Source: a virus
Lineage: Duplodnaviria; Caudoviricetes
Length of the DNA: 38,421 bases
Virus record (IMG/VR): IMGVR_UViG_3300037479_000370
Location: 1-38,421 of that record
Direction: 5' to 3' (one strand)
Shown: positions 24,572-32,138 of the stretch, piece by piece
Layout of the letters: the number at the start of each line of letters is the position of its first letter
Numbering within the stretch: position 1 is the stretch's first letter
Translations under genes and position numbers: made by a program
Notes under the pieces: generated by a model
The model's input: only the letters and a program-made list of their open reading frames with translations
Database searches by the model: none
What the model was told of the DNA's origin: nothing

Positions 24572-26590
24572 ATGGCTATTGTCACGATCAAGCCCGTCAC
24601 GGTCCACGAGCTCACCAACTTCTCGAGCACCGGGGGTGCCGGCACCGAGGTTGCTGTCGTGACGGATGCGGTCCTCTCGACGTACGTCTACCCGGCGTTC
24701 GTCAACGACTACATCACCTACGACTGCGAGGACCCGGGCGGCGACGATAGCGCGCCAGTCACCGACGTGACGATACGGGCCCGATTGAATTGCAGCGCTA
24801 ACAGCTCCGACGCCAAGCTGAGATGCAAGCTCAACGGGATCGTCACGCAGAGCCCTTCCATTAATTTCGGTCCGGGCGGCGCGTGGTTCACGTGGTCTGT
24901 GGCGCGTCCGGGCGGCGGCGGCTGGATCCTGAAAGACGTCAAGGACGCCAAGTTCGGCGCGACCGCGATCAACTGGATCACCGACTGGACCATGCCGGAG
25001 CTCGAGGTCCAGGTCACCTATGAGAAGCGCCCGGGCCAGAGCGAGGCGGAGCGCGACAAGATGACGCGGGCTCTCAACGCACGGAACCAAGGCGGGGTCG
25101 CCATCGTGATCAACGTTCCCCTCCGCTATGGGCTCGACAAGGAGCTGTTCGGCACAGTCAACCTCAGTCACTTCGGCGCGCCGGATCCGCTCCGGACCAC
25201 GACAGGGCGACGCGTCGGCTACGGGCGCGAGACGTGGGAGCGGGGCATCCTGCGCGTCACGCGGCGGACCATCAGGACCTCGGACTTCTCCGTGGATTGG
25301 GAGTGCGACGACATCCGGCGCCGGCTGTACACGCTGAGGATGAGCGGCCGGGCGATCCGGACGCTCAGCGATCTCCGTGATGGCGTGGCGATCGCCTCGA
25401 GGGGCGGGGCGCTCTCGTTTACACGCGCGAGCGACGCGTGGGCGCAACACCCCGGCGATGGCCTCATCTACCGCGTCGGCGCCGACTTCGGGCGGTTCCT
25501 GGCCGCCGGCTACCTTGGGGAAAGTGGGCGGACGAATCGGGTCCTGCGGAGCAGCTTCATCTCACAGCTCACCGGGCTGCCGGCCTCGAGCGGATCCGGG
25601 ACCAGGACGGCCGAGCAGGCCCCTCCGCAACCGTACTTCTCGCCGGGGGTGAGCGACTACGCGCTGCTCTTCACCGCCGGGAGCCCGCACTCGAGCGACG
25701 GGGGTCAGCCGTGGCCAGCGACGGCCTCGCTCTCCGCCAACACGGTCGTCTGCCTCTGGTTCGTCCACCTCGACGCCAGCTCGCAGGTCGGATGGCGACT
25801 TCAACGGGGCATCGATAGCTGGTGGTGGAACGACTCGACGGCCGCCTGGCAGTCCGGGCAGGTGACGAACCTGGCGCCGCTGGCCACGACCCGCGGCGTC
25901 GCGGTCTCGAAGCCGATCAACGTCGGAGGCTCCGCGACGACCCTGACACCGACGCTGGTGCAGCCCTCCGAGGGGACCGACGGACGGAAGGACCGCGTGT
26001 ATCACCTCCAGGTCGAGGACGGGCCCTGGCCGACGAGCCCGATCGTCACCGACGCGGCGACGTACACGCGTGCGGCGGACCTCCTCTGGATCGAGAACAA
26101 CGCCGGCAAGCGCTCGCTCTACCGCCCCCGGTGGAGCTTCCGCGGCAAGTTCATCCCGGGTTGGAACGGCGCCGACGTGCCTTCGGGGACGAAGCTCGTG
26201 TTCTGGTCCGCCCGCTACGACGCGAGCAACCTCTACCGCCTCTACTACGATGGGGGTGCGCAGGCGGTGACGCTCGACGCTGTCGTTGCCGGCACCGCCT
26301 ACACGGCGAGCAAGGCGTGGGTGCCGGTCCGGGGGACCGCCTACCGGATCGGGGCCCGGGCGACGTCGGGGCTCGGCGAGCTGCTGCTGCCCGCCCGGTC
26401 GCTCTCAGTTTTCGTTGACGGAGTCAAGGGTACCGACGCGACGCGCCCGGACGACCCCCGGGAGGTCGACGACGCGGACCTCTACTTAGGCGGCGACGTC
26501 GTCGATCAGCCGTGCAACGGCCTGCTCTACGACCTGGTGTGGACGCCGATCCCGCTGGGGGACTCGGAGATGGCCGAGACGAGGTACTGA
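24572..26590 (+). CDS. Tail protein with spike/fibre domain and C-terminal LamG-like lectin domain
   Basis: SFTRASDA...GYLGESGRTNRVLRS and QVEDGPWPTSPIVT...TRAAD motifs; SVFVDG...LYLGG...NGLL LamG-like end. Confidence 0.75.
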   Translation: MAIVTIKPVTVHELTNFSSTGGAGTEVAVVTDAVLSTYVYPAFVNDYITYDCEDPGGDDSAPVTDVTIRARLNCSANSSDAKLRCKLNGIVTQSPSINFGPGGAWFTWSVARPGGGGWILKDVKDAKFGATAINWITDWTMPELEVQVTYEKRPGQSEAERDKMTRALNARNQGGVAIVINVPLRYGLDKELFGTVNLSHFGAPDPLRTTTGRRVGYGRETWERGILRVTRRTIRTSDFSVDWECDDIRRRLYTLRMSGRAIRTLSDLRDGVAIASRGGALSFTRASDAWAQHPGDGLIYRVGADFGRFLAAGYLGESGRTNRVLRSSFISQLTGLPASSGSGTRTAEQAPPQPYFSPGVSDYALLFTAGSPHSSDGGQPWPATASLSANTVVCLWFVHLDASSQVGWRLQRGIDSWWWNDSTAAWQSGQVTNLAPLATTRGVAVSKPINVGGSATTLTPTLVQPSEGTDGRKDRVYHLQVEDGPWPTSPIVTDAATYTRAADLLWIENNAGKRSLYRPRWSFRGKFIPGWNGADVPSGTKLVFWSARYDASNLYRLYYDGGAQAVTLDAVVAGTAYTASKAWVPVRGTAYRIGARATSGLGELLLPARSLSVFVDGVKGTDATRPDDPREVDDADLYLGGDVVDQPCNGLLYDLVWTPIPLGDSEMAETRY

Positions 26591-26593
26591 CCG

Positions 26594-27811
26594 ATGTCGA
26601 ACATCATCGTCGCGCGCAACCTACTCGGGGACGCGCTTGTCGTGTCGGCAAGCAACGCCGACGCGAAGTACGGAGTGGAGGCACTACGCGACGGCTTCCC
26701 TTCCCGGCCGTTCCGCTTCGCGGACAGCACGGCACCATGGTTCCGGGCGGACCTCCAACTCTTCGGCACCGCTGGCGTCGACGAGGGCACGTTCGAGGGC
26801 GGATCAGGCGCCACTTTCCCGGGCTGGATCAACAATGGGACCGTCGCCCGCGAGACCACGACGGTCCACGGTGGTGCGGCCGCCGTAAAGCTCACAGGCG
26901 CGACAGCGAGCGTGCGGCGCATCCTCAAGGTCCAGGCGGATCGACTCCACCACGTCGAGGCCTGGTGCTATCCCAACGCGAGCCAGCAGTTCGGCATCAT
27001 CGTCTACGACAACACGACGGGGAAGACGCTCCAGACGGATGGGACCTGGGGCGCGAGTTTCGTCCCCTGCGCCGTGTCAGCGGCAAGTGGTGCGTGGGAG
27101 AAGGTGCAGAAGGACTTCAGGACCCAGGCGGCCCTCACAGCGCTCTCCGATGAAGTCGAGCTGTACGTCTACCTCTACCACAACAGCGGATCGGGAGACA
27201 TCTTCGTCGACGACGCCGGAATGTGGCCGGGGGTGGACCTCTCATCCTTCCACGGTCACGACTTCTCGCCGACCTGGACCGTCGTACTCCAGCGGTCCGA
27301 CGACGGCTCCTCCTGGACCACCGAGCACACGTTCACGCTGCGCCAGCCGACGTTTTACGGCCTGCTCTCGTCGGTGGTGTACCGACGCTACTGGAGAGTG
27401 AGCCTCTCTGGCGGGACGTCGTCGACGCCGGCGATGCACGTTGGGGAGTGGGGGCTCGGTCAAGGACTCCGTCTCGCCACCAACCCCGAGTACCCGCTCA
27501 CTCTGCACCATGAGATGCGCCAGGTGCGGACCCCGACGCAGGTGATCAACCTCGAGGACTGGCCCCGGCGGGTCTGGTCGGCGCCCCACAGCACGAGCGG
27601 CACCGCCGAGTACCAGGAGATCCGCGAGGAGATCTTCGCGCGCACCGGCTTCGGGAAGGAGCCGCTGATTCTGATCCCTAAGAGCGACGACGCGGAGGTC
27701 TGCCTCTACGGCCGCGTCCGGCCGACGTGGGATCCCCAGGAGAGCATCCTCAACATCCGCGAGTTCCCGCTCGAGGTGGAGGAGCTGCCCCTGCCGACCT
27801 GGTCGCTGTAG
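26594..27811 (+). CDS. Tail protein (distal-tail-like) with inserted carbohydrate-binding-type domain
   Basis: LRDGFPSRPFR, GTFE...GW...VHGGAAAVKL...IFVDDA CBM-like insert, LQRSDDGSSWT...YRRYWRV discoidin-like segment. Confidence 0.7.
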   Translation: MSNIIVARNLLGDALVVSASNADAKYGVEALRDGFPSRPFRFADSTAPWFRADLQLFGTAGVDEGTFEGGSGATFPGWINNGTVARETTTVHGGAAAVKLTGATASVRRILKVQADRLHHVEAWCYPNASQQFGIIVYDNTTGKTLQTDGTWGASFVPCAVSAASGAWEKVQKDFRTQAALTALSDEVELYVYLYHNSGSGDIFVDDAGMWPGVDLSSFHGHDFSPTWTVVLQRSDDGSSWTTEHTFTLRQPTFYGLLSSVVYRRYWRVSLSGGTSSTPAMHVGEWGLGQGLRLATNPEYPLTLHHEMRQVRTPTQVINLEDWPRRVWSAPHSTSGTAEYQEIREEIFARTGFGKEPLILIPKSDDAEVCLYGRVRPTWDPQESILNIREFPLEVEELPLPTWSL

Positions 27812-27832
27812 GCCGCGAGCCGCGGCGCCCCC

Positions 27833-28408
27833 CTACCGCCTGAACAGCTCGCGCTCCGCCGGCGCGGCCCGCCACGCGGTCAGGGCTGCGGACAGGTCCC
27901 GGGCCTCGGCCGCGGACAGCCGCACCTCGACGGAGAGATCCGCGAGCGTGTTGTCGCCCCCGGCCGCGCCGTTCGTGCTGCCCGCGTACCACGCGAGGAC
28001 GAGCTGACCGCCCTCGGCGGTGACGGCGAACTCGTGGACGTCGGACCAGACGAACGGGACCGGAAGATGGCGCTTCCGCGACCACAGCGTCCCCGAGACC
28101 CCGCTGGCAGCGGCCCGGAGCGCGGCCTCGAGCTCGGCGACGTCGGCCGGCCAGAGGCAGAACCGCCGACCGAGGGTGACGGCCGGGTTGCCCCAGGCGA
28201 TCGGAGCGGCGACGTGGAACGACACGTTGTCCACCTGCCCCGTGCTCGCGTTGTTCGCGTGCCCGGCGACCACGAGCGTCGACGTCTGCGCCCGGGCCTC
28301 GCCCGCGAGGGCGACGCTCAGGACGACCATGCCAGCGACGAGGAGGCGGCGCCTCCGGGGCGACTGCCCCACAGTTGCCCCAGCACCGGTTAAGTTGTTG
28401 AAGGACAT
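27833..28408 (-). CDS. Secreted protein of unknown function (moron-like), start uncertain
   Basis: SPRRRRLLVAGMVVLSVALAGEARA-Q signal peptide; internal duplication LWPADVAELEAAL / LSAAEARDLSAAL; convergent with the tail operon. Confidence 0.7.
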   Translation of the reverse strand: MSFNNLTGAGATVGQSPRRRRLLVAGMVVLSVALAGEARAQTSTLVVAGHANNASTGQVDNVSFHVAAPIAWGNPAVTLGRRFCLWPADVAELEAALRAAASGVSGTLWSRKRHLPVPFVWSDVHEFAVTAEGGQLVLAWYAGSTNGAAGGDNTLADLSVEVRLSAAEARDLSAALTAWRAAPAERELFRR

Positions 28409-28619
28409 AGCATACACCCCTGCCTTTTAAGCAGGGTGTCGTGGGTTCGATCCCCACAGGGCCTACCACTTCCAAGCCAGTTACTTAGAGCCGTAACTGA
28501 CAGAGCGGGCGGCATTTTAGCACCCTGCGCGTTGTCTCTCATTACGTGTCAATACGTGTGCTTCTGTGGAGCGGTTCCACTGACCCAGAGTTGACCCACT
28601 TGACCCAGGGTTGACCCAG
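28364..28619. mobile_element. attP with arm-type repeats and accessory sites
   Basis: TGACCCA four times in 28581-28619; TGCCCCA twice in 28364-28383; IHF-like TTCAACAACTTA on the - strand near 28391-28402; AWTACGTGT twice in 28541-28560; inverted repeat CAGTTAC/GTAACTG 28478-28499. Confidence 0.8.
28419..28468 (+). tRNA. 3' half of tRNA-Lys(UUU), the attP core (not a complete tRNA)
   Basis: CCTGC-CTTTTAA-GCAGG anticodon arm, GTGGG-TTCGATC-CCCAC T arm, AGGGCCT-A-CCA; no D arm or 5' acceptor strand upstream. Confidence 0.92.
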
Positions 28620-28645
28620 TTTCGCCGCAAGTCAAGCCTTTTCTC

Positions 28646-28675
28646 TTGACCGGAGCGATTCCGCCATCCTACCCT
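28646..28675 (+). promoter_or_regulatory. Putative integrase promoter
   Basis: TTGACC 28646-28651, 18 bp, TACCCT 28670-28675; no SD before GTG 28686. Confidence 0.45.
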
Positions 28676-28685
28676 CTCCCACGAC

Positions 28686-29966
28686 GTGGCTCACCATACG
28701 ACACGCGAGGACCTGACACCCCAGATCCTAGAGCGTCTGCGGCGCTCGCTGCGTCCAGGCGATCGCCTAGAGGCCTGGGATCCCACCTTGCCGGGCTTCA
28801 GCGCGCGCCTGTCGTCTCGGCATCTGGTGTTCTACGTGCGGTACTGGCTCCACGGTCGTGGTCGACTGGTGCGCTACCGCATCGGCGCCGCGCCAAAGCT
28901 GTCGCTGGCGGAGGCCCGGGCCGAGGCCCGTCGGATCCTCGCCCGCGTCGAGCTGGCCCAGGATCCTCACGCCGAGCGCGAGCAGCGCCGCCAGGGTGAG
29001 GATCTTGTGGCCGTGTGCCAGGCATACCTCGAGGCGGTGACCCGGCGCGGAATCGCCGTGTCAACACGGCGTGAGTTCGGCCGGCAGATCCGAGCATACG
29101 TGGCGCCCGCGCGCATCGCCCACGTCCCTGCTCTCGACTTGCGCCGGCGCGATGTCCGGGCCTGGCTCGACAAGCTGGCCGAGGAGCACGGCGGGCCCCA
29201 GGCCAACCGCGTCTACCAGCTCGTGCGCGCTGCGTGCCGCTGGGCTGTGCGGGACGAGCTGCTCACCACGGATCCCCTCCACGCCCTCCAGCGCCCGCGG
29301 CCGGAGGCGCCCCGCGAGCGCGTGCTGACCGACGACGAGGTCGATCTGCTCTGGACCGTGATCGATGGTGAGGCGCGCTCCGCACACCCCGACTGGCCCG
29401 CGCGGGCCGGGGCCGCTGCCCAGATCCTGCTCCTACTGGGCCAGCGCTGCGGCGAGACGCTGGCCATGCGTTGGGAGCATCTCGACCTTGACGCCTCGCC
29501 GGCGTTGTGGCGGATCCCCGGGGAGAGCCGCAAGGGCGGCCGCGCGCAGGTCGTCCCACTCCCGCCGCTGGCCGTGCGGATCCTCGATGGCCTGCGGCCC
29601 GCCGGCGCGCCTGAGCCGCTGCGCGGCCGCGTCTTCGATCGACTCGCCGCCGGCCGCCAGAACGCGCTGCGCTGGTGGGCGCCGATCCGGACGAAGGCGA
29701 TGGCCGCCGGCGCCGAGCACTTCACGCGCCACGATCTGCGCCGCACCTGCGCGACCGGCTGCGCCCGGCTCGGAGCCGCCCCCGAGGTGGTGTCCCGCAT
29801 CCTCGGCCACTCCGTCCACCCGGGCGGCGCCCGCGTGACCGCGACCTACGACCGCTACGACAGGCTCGGCGAGCAGGCGGCGGCGCTCGTCACCTGGGCG
29901 GCCCACGTCGAGCGGATCGCCAGCGGGGAGCGGCGGCGGGGCGAGGTCCTCCCGTTCGGGCGCTGA
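28686..29966 (+). CDS. int: Tyrosine integrase with N-terminal arm-binding domain
   Basis: WDPTLPGFSAR...LSLAEARAEA arm domain; GQRCGE, HDLRRT, ILGH and TYDR catalytic motifs; adjacent to attP. Confidence 0.96.
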   Translation: MAHHTTREDLTPQILERLRRSLRPGDRLEAWDPTLPGFSARLSSRHLVFYVRYWLHGRGRLVRYRIGAAPKLSLAEARAEARRILARVELAQDPHAEREQRRQGEDLVAVCQAYLEAVTRRGIAVSTRREFGRQIRAYVAPARIAHVPALDLRRRDVRAWLDKLAEEHGGPQANRVYQLVRAACRWAVRDELLTTDPLHALQRPRPEAPRERVLTDDEVDLLWTVIDGEARSAHPDWPARAGAAAQILLLLGQRCGETLAMRWEHLDLDASPALWRIPGESRKGGRAQVVPLPPLAVRILDGLRPAGAPEPLRGRVFDRLAAGRQNALRWWAPIRTKAMAAGAEHFTRHDLRRTCATGCARLGAAPEVVSRILGHSVHPGGARVTATYDRYDRLGEQAAALVTWAAHVERIASGERRRGEVLPFGR

Positions 29967-30071
29967 CCTCAGAGGAGCCCCTCCAGCAAGGCCGCTGATC
30001 TCAGGAGTGTCGGTCAGCCGGGGCGGCCCCCTGATCTTGACCTGGTGGCTGGGTAGCGCTAGTCTGTGAGG

Positions 30072-30182
30072 ATGGTGAGCGAGATCGAGCGGGCGATCGC
30101 GGGAGCGCTCCGCGCCGCGATCAAGGATCACGGGCCGATCACGCTGGAGCTGACGCCTCGCTTGGAACGCTGGATACGCTGA
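30072..30182 (+). pseudogene. Leaderless 36-aa ORF, probably 3'-truncated
   Basis: TTGACC(30037)-17 bp-TAGTCT(30060), then ATG 30072; MVSEIERAIAGALRAAIKDHGPITLELTPRLERWIR*. Confidence 0.5.
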
Positions 30183-30270
30183 CATCCTGACGGGTTCCGT
30201 GCATGATGGTCGCGCAGCCCACGAGGGCAGCGACCAGCCCACACACCACCACACTCCGCAGACGCTTCAT
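30139..30270 (-). pseudogene. Truncated PEGA-type lipoprotein (43 aa)
   Basis: RBS GGAGG; MKRLRSVVVCGLVAALVG-CATIMHGTRQDVSVSSVPSEAS, then stop; lipobox LVGC and the first PEGA-like strand only. Confidence 0.7.
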
Positions 30271-30368
30271 GCGCACCTCCCATCAGACGGGGGAGGGAGG
30301 GCCCGTCGACTGTGGTTCGTTTGGGATCAGTCTACGACGCGTGTCAAGGGGAGGGGGAGCCGGGGGGC

Positions 30369-30650
30369 CTAGGCGGGTGGCTGACTCCGAGAGGTGTAGT
30401 CGTCGAGCATCTTTCTGATCAAGTCGATCTTCGCTGCTTCGATCTCATCCTTGGGCATCGTGAGCTGCTTCAGTCGACGATCCATGTAGTCGATCGTCGC
30501 CTCTTCGGCGACGTGCTGGATAGTACGTTTTCGCCACGATGCGCGAGGGCCGACATATTCGGCGAATGTGGAAAGGATCGCGTGGAGCTTCGCCGGGAAC
30601 TTGACCTCGCCAACGGTCCGGCGCTGGGCATCCGTCTTCTTCTGCCCCAT
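30369..30650 (-). CDS. Putative repressor, ribbon-helix-helix-like (93 aa)
   Basis: GEVKFPAKLHAILSTFAEYVG...TIQHVAEEATIDYMDR beta-alpha-alpha pattern; cI position, divergent from the early operon. Confidence 0.65.
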   Translation of the reverse strand: MGQKKTDAQRRTVGEVKFPAKLHAILSTFAEYVGPRASWRKRTIQHVAEEATIDYMDRRLKQLTMPKDEIEAAKIDLIRKMLDDYTSRSQPPA

Positions 30651-30660
30651 GCCATCAGCA

Positions 30661-30731
30661 ACGCTAGCGCACGCGCGAACATTCGTCAAGTAGAAAATAC
30701 GCTTGACAGTCGAAAAGGCGAGAACAATAAT
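30661..30731. promoter_or_regulatory. Back-to-back divergent promoters (genetic switch)
   Basis: Leftward TTGACG(30689-30684)-17-TAGCGT(30666-30661); rightward TTGACA(30703-30708)-17-AATAAT(30726-30731); AT-rich island. Confidence 0.75.
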
Positions 30732-30746
30732 TAGCGAAAGGAAGCG

Positions 30747-31346
30747 ATGCCGCCGCGCCAGAAGGTCAGCACCGACGAGATCAGGCGAGCCATCCACGAG
30801 TGGCGCGGGAACGTCACGGCCACTGCCCAAGCACTCGGCCTAGCACCCATCAACCTGCGGCGGCGGCTGGCATCCCTCGATCCTCCACTTGATCTCTTTG
30901 CTGTACGTTCTGGCATCAGTCGATACGTACCGGTACACATCGGGACGGAACGGAGTGGAGCGGAGCCGTACGTACCGGAGCGCAACGGTACTCCGTCACA
31001 CGGGGGGAGTGAACCAGAAAAACGGACCAGCATCGTGACCGGAGCGACCGGCGCGACTAGATTGACGGTCATGCAAGCGTTGGCTGAGGAGCCCGCGCCG
31101 GTGAGGGTGAGCAAGACGCGCCCCCAGCTTGCCAGGCTGAAGCCGGAACAACAAGATCATCTCCGTGAGCGTCGTCTCGTCCTGCAGGCGCGCTTCCGTA
31201 TCGAGACGGACGACAGCCAGATTCTCCAGCAGTTCTTCGATGAGGCATTCGACGGTTGGGCAGATCAGAAGGAGTCTGCACAGCCGACCGCTCTGCCCAC
31301 TCCGGAGAAGTCCCGCCGCGGGAAGAAGCCCGAGGAGGAGCGGTGA
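30747..31346 (+). CDS. Cro-position regulator: Fis-type HTH, linker, RHH-like C-terminal domain
   Basis: EIRRAIHEWRGNVTATAQALGLAPINLRRRL; ARLKPEQQDHLRERRLVL...DDSQILQQFFDEAF; RBS AAAGGAAG. Confidence 0.75.
   Translation: MPPRQKVSTDEIRRAIHEWRGNVTATAQALGLAPINLRRRLASLDPPLDLFAVRSGISRYVPVHIGTERSGAEPYVPERNGTPSHGGSEPEKRTSIVTGATGATRLTVMQALAEEPAPVRVSKTRPQLARLKPEQQDHLRERRLVLQARFRIETDDSQILQQFFDEAFDGWADQKESAQPTALPTPEKSRRGKKPEEER
30921..30990. repeat. Phased array of 14 degenerate pentamers
   Basis: cgata cgtac cggta cacat cggga cggaa cggag tggag cggag ccgta cgtac cggag cgcaa cggta. Confidence 0.75.
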
Positions 31347-31591
31347 GCCGCCCTCGACTCAAGAAGACGCTGTCCCGGCGGCCCAGCCGCAACCGCATCC
31401 GGCCGCACCGCGTGAGCTGGAGCGAGAAAACCCCTCTCGGGCGGACGGGCACCTGCCGCGACTGCGGCGCGGTGGCGGGCTGGTGGGTCGCCCAGGGGCC
31501 GCGCGGAGGCGATGTGCTTCGCTGGCGGACGCGGCGCGGCTGGACCAGCGAGCGGCCCCCTTGCACCTACTCGCCGAGGGCGGCGGCATGA
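31343..31591 (+). CDS. Basic protein with possible Zn ribbon (82 aa)
   Basis: GTGA overlap, RBS GAGGAG; H...CRDC...C. Confidence 0.6.
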   Translation: MSRPRLKKTLSRRPSRNRIRPHRVSWSEKTPLGRTGTCRDCGAVAGWWVAQGPRGGDVLRWRTRRGWTSERPPCTYSPRAAA

Positions 31592-31902
31592 GCGGCGTGC
31601 CGCCTCTTGTGCCGATCGCCTACCCGCCACCGGTGGCGGACCGCGTCGCAGCGATGAGGCGCTCGGATCTCGCGCGACTGCTGGGCGTCTCGGTCCACAC
31701 ACTCCACCGGTGGCAACGGGAGCTGGAGTTCCCGCATGGAATCCAGGTGGGGCAGACGGTGCTCTTCCGCCTGATCGAGGTGGAGGACTGGATCCGGACA
31801 CACGGGTACCGGACCAAGGTTCAGATCCCAGCGGCGCTCCGCGAGGCGATCGAGCGATGCGGATCTCGGCGCAAGGAGAGAGCGGAAGCGGTAGGCGCGT
31901 AG
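31588..31902 (+). CDS. Excisionase / AlpA-type HTH protein
   Basis: MRRSDLARLLGVSVHTLHRWQRELEFPHGIQVG...FRLIEVEDWI. Confidence 0.85.
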   Translation: MSGVPPLVPIAYPPPVADRVAAMRRSDLARLLGVSVHTLHRWQRELEFPHGIQVGQTVLFRLIEVEDWIRTHGYRTKVQIPAALREAIERCGSRRKERAEAVGA

Positions 31903-31953
31903 GTCGTCGTAGGACGCTTCATCCAGTGACATCACAGAGGAGGGGTGTAGCCG

Positions 31954-32130
31954 GTGAACGGAGGTCGTGTGTCGTCGGTGAGTCTGACGCCCGGCGAGGC
32001 GTTCTTCTGCGTGTGGTGCGCCTTGGTCGGCACCGCCTCCACGGCCCTAGGCCCGCTCGCGGCTGCGGTCACCGCCGCCCTGGCCGCGCCGAGCTGCTGG
32101 CTCGTGGCCCGCCGCTGGGACCGCTGGTGA
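31954..32130 (+). CDS. Small hydrophobic protein (58 aa), absent from the ORF track
   Basis: RBS GAGGAGGGG; ...AFFCVWCALVGTASTALGPLAAAVTAALAAPSCWLVARRWDRW*. Confidence 0.55.
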   Translation: MNGGRVSSVSLTPGEAFFCVWCALVGTASTALGPLAAAVTAALAAPSCWLVARRWDRW

Positions 32131-32138
32131 GGTGGAGC

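Noticed and set aside
24572-27811. Diversity-generating retroelement or invertible tail-fibre cassette
   Set aside because: No reverse transcriptase, no serine invertase, and no TR/VR-like repeat pair noticed by eye
28419-28468. Functional phage-encoded tRNA-Lys
   Set aside because: The 5' acceptor strand and D arm are missing; the fragment sits beside an integrase, as expected for an attP core
27750-28475. 241-aa ORF reading through attP
   Set aside because: Its N-terminus (VGPVGIEPTTPCLKGR) is the typical antisense translation of a tRNA and the rest is low-complexity
28581-28619. TGACCCA repeats as CRISPR repeats or replication iterons
   Set aside because: Spacing of 9-11 bp and position between the core and int fit integrase arm-type sites
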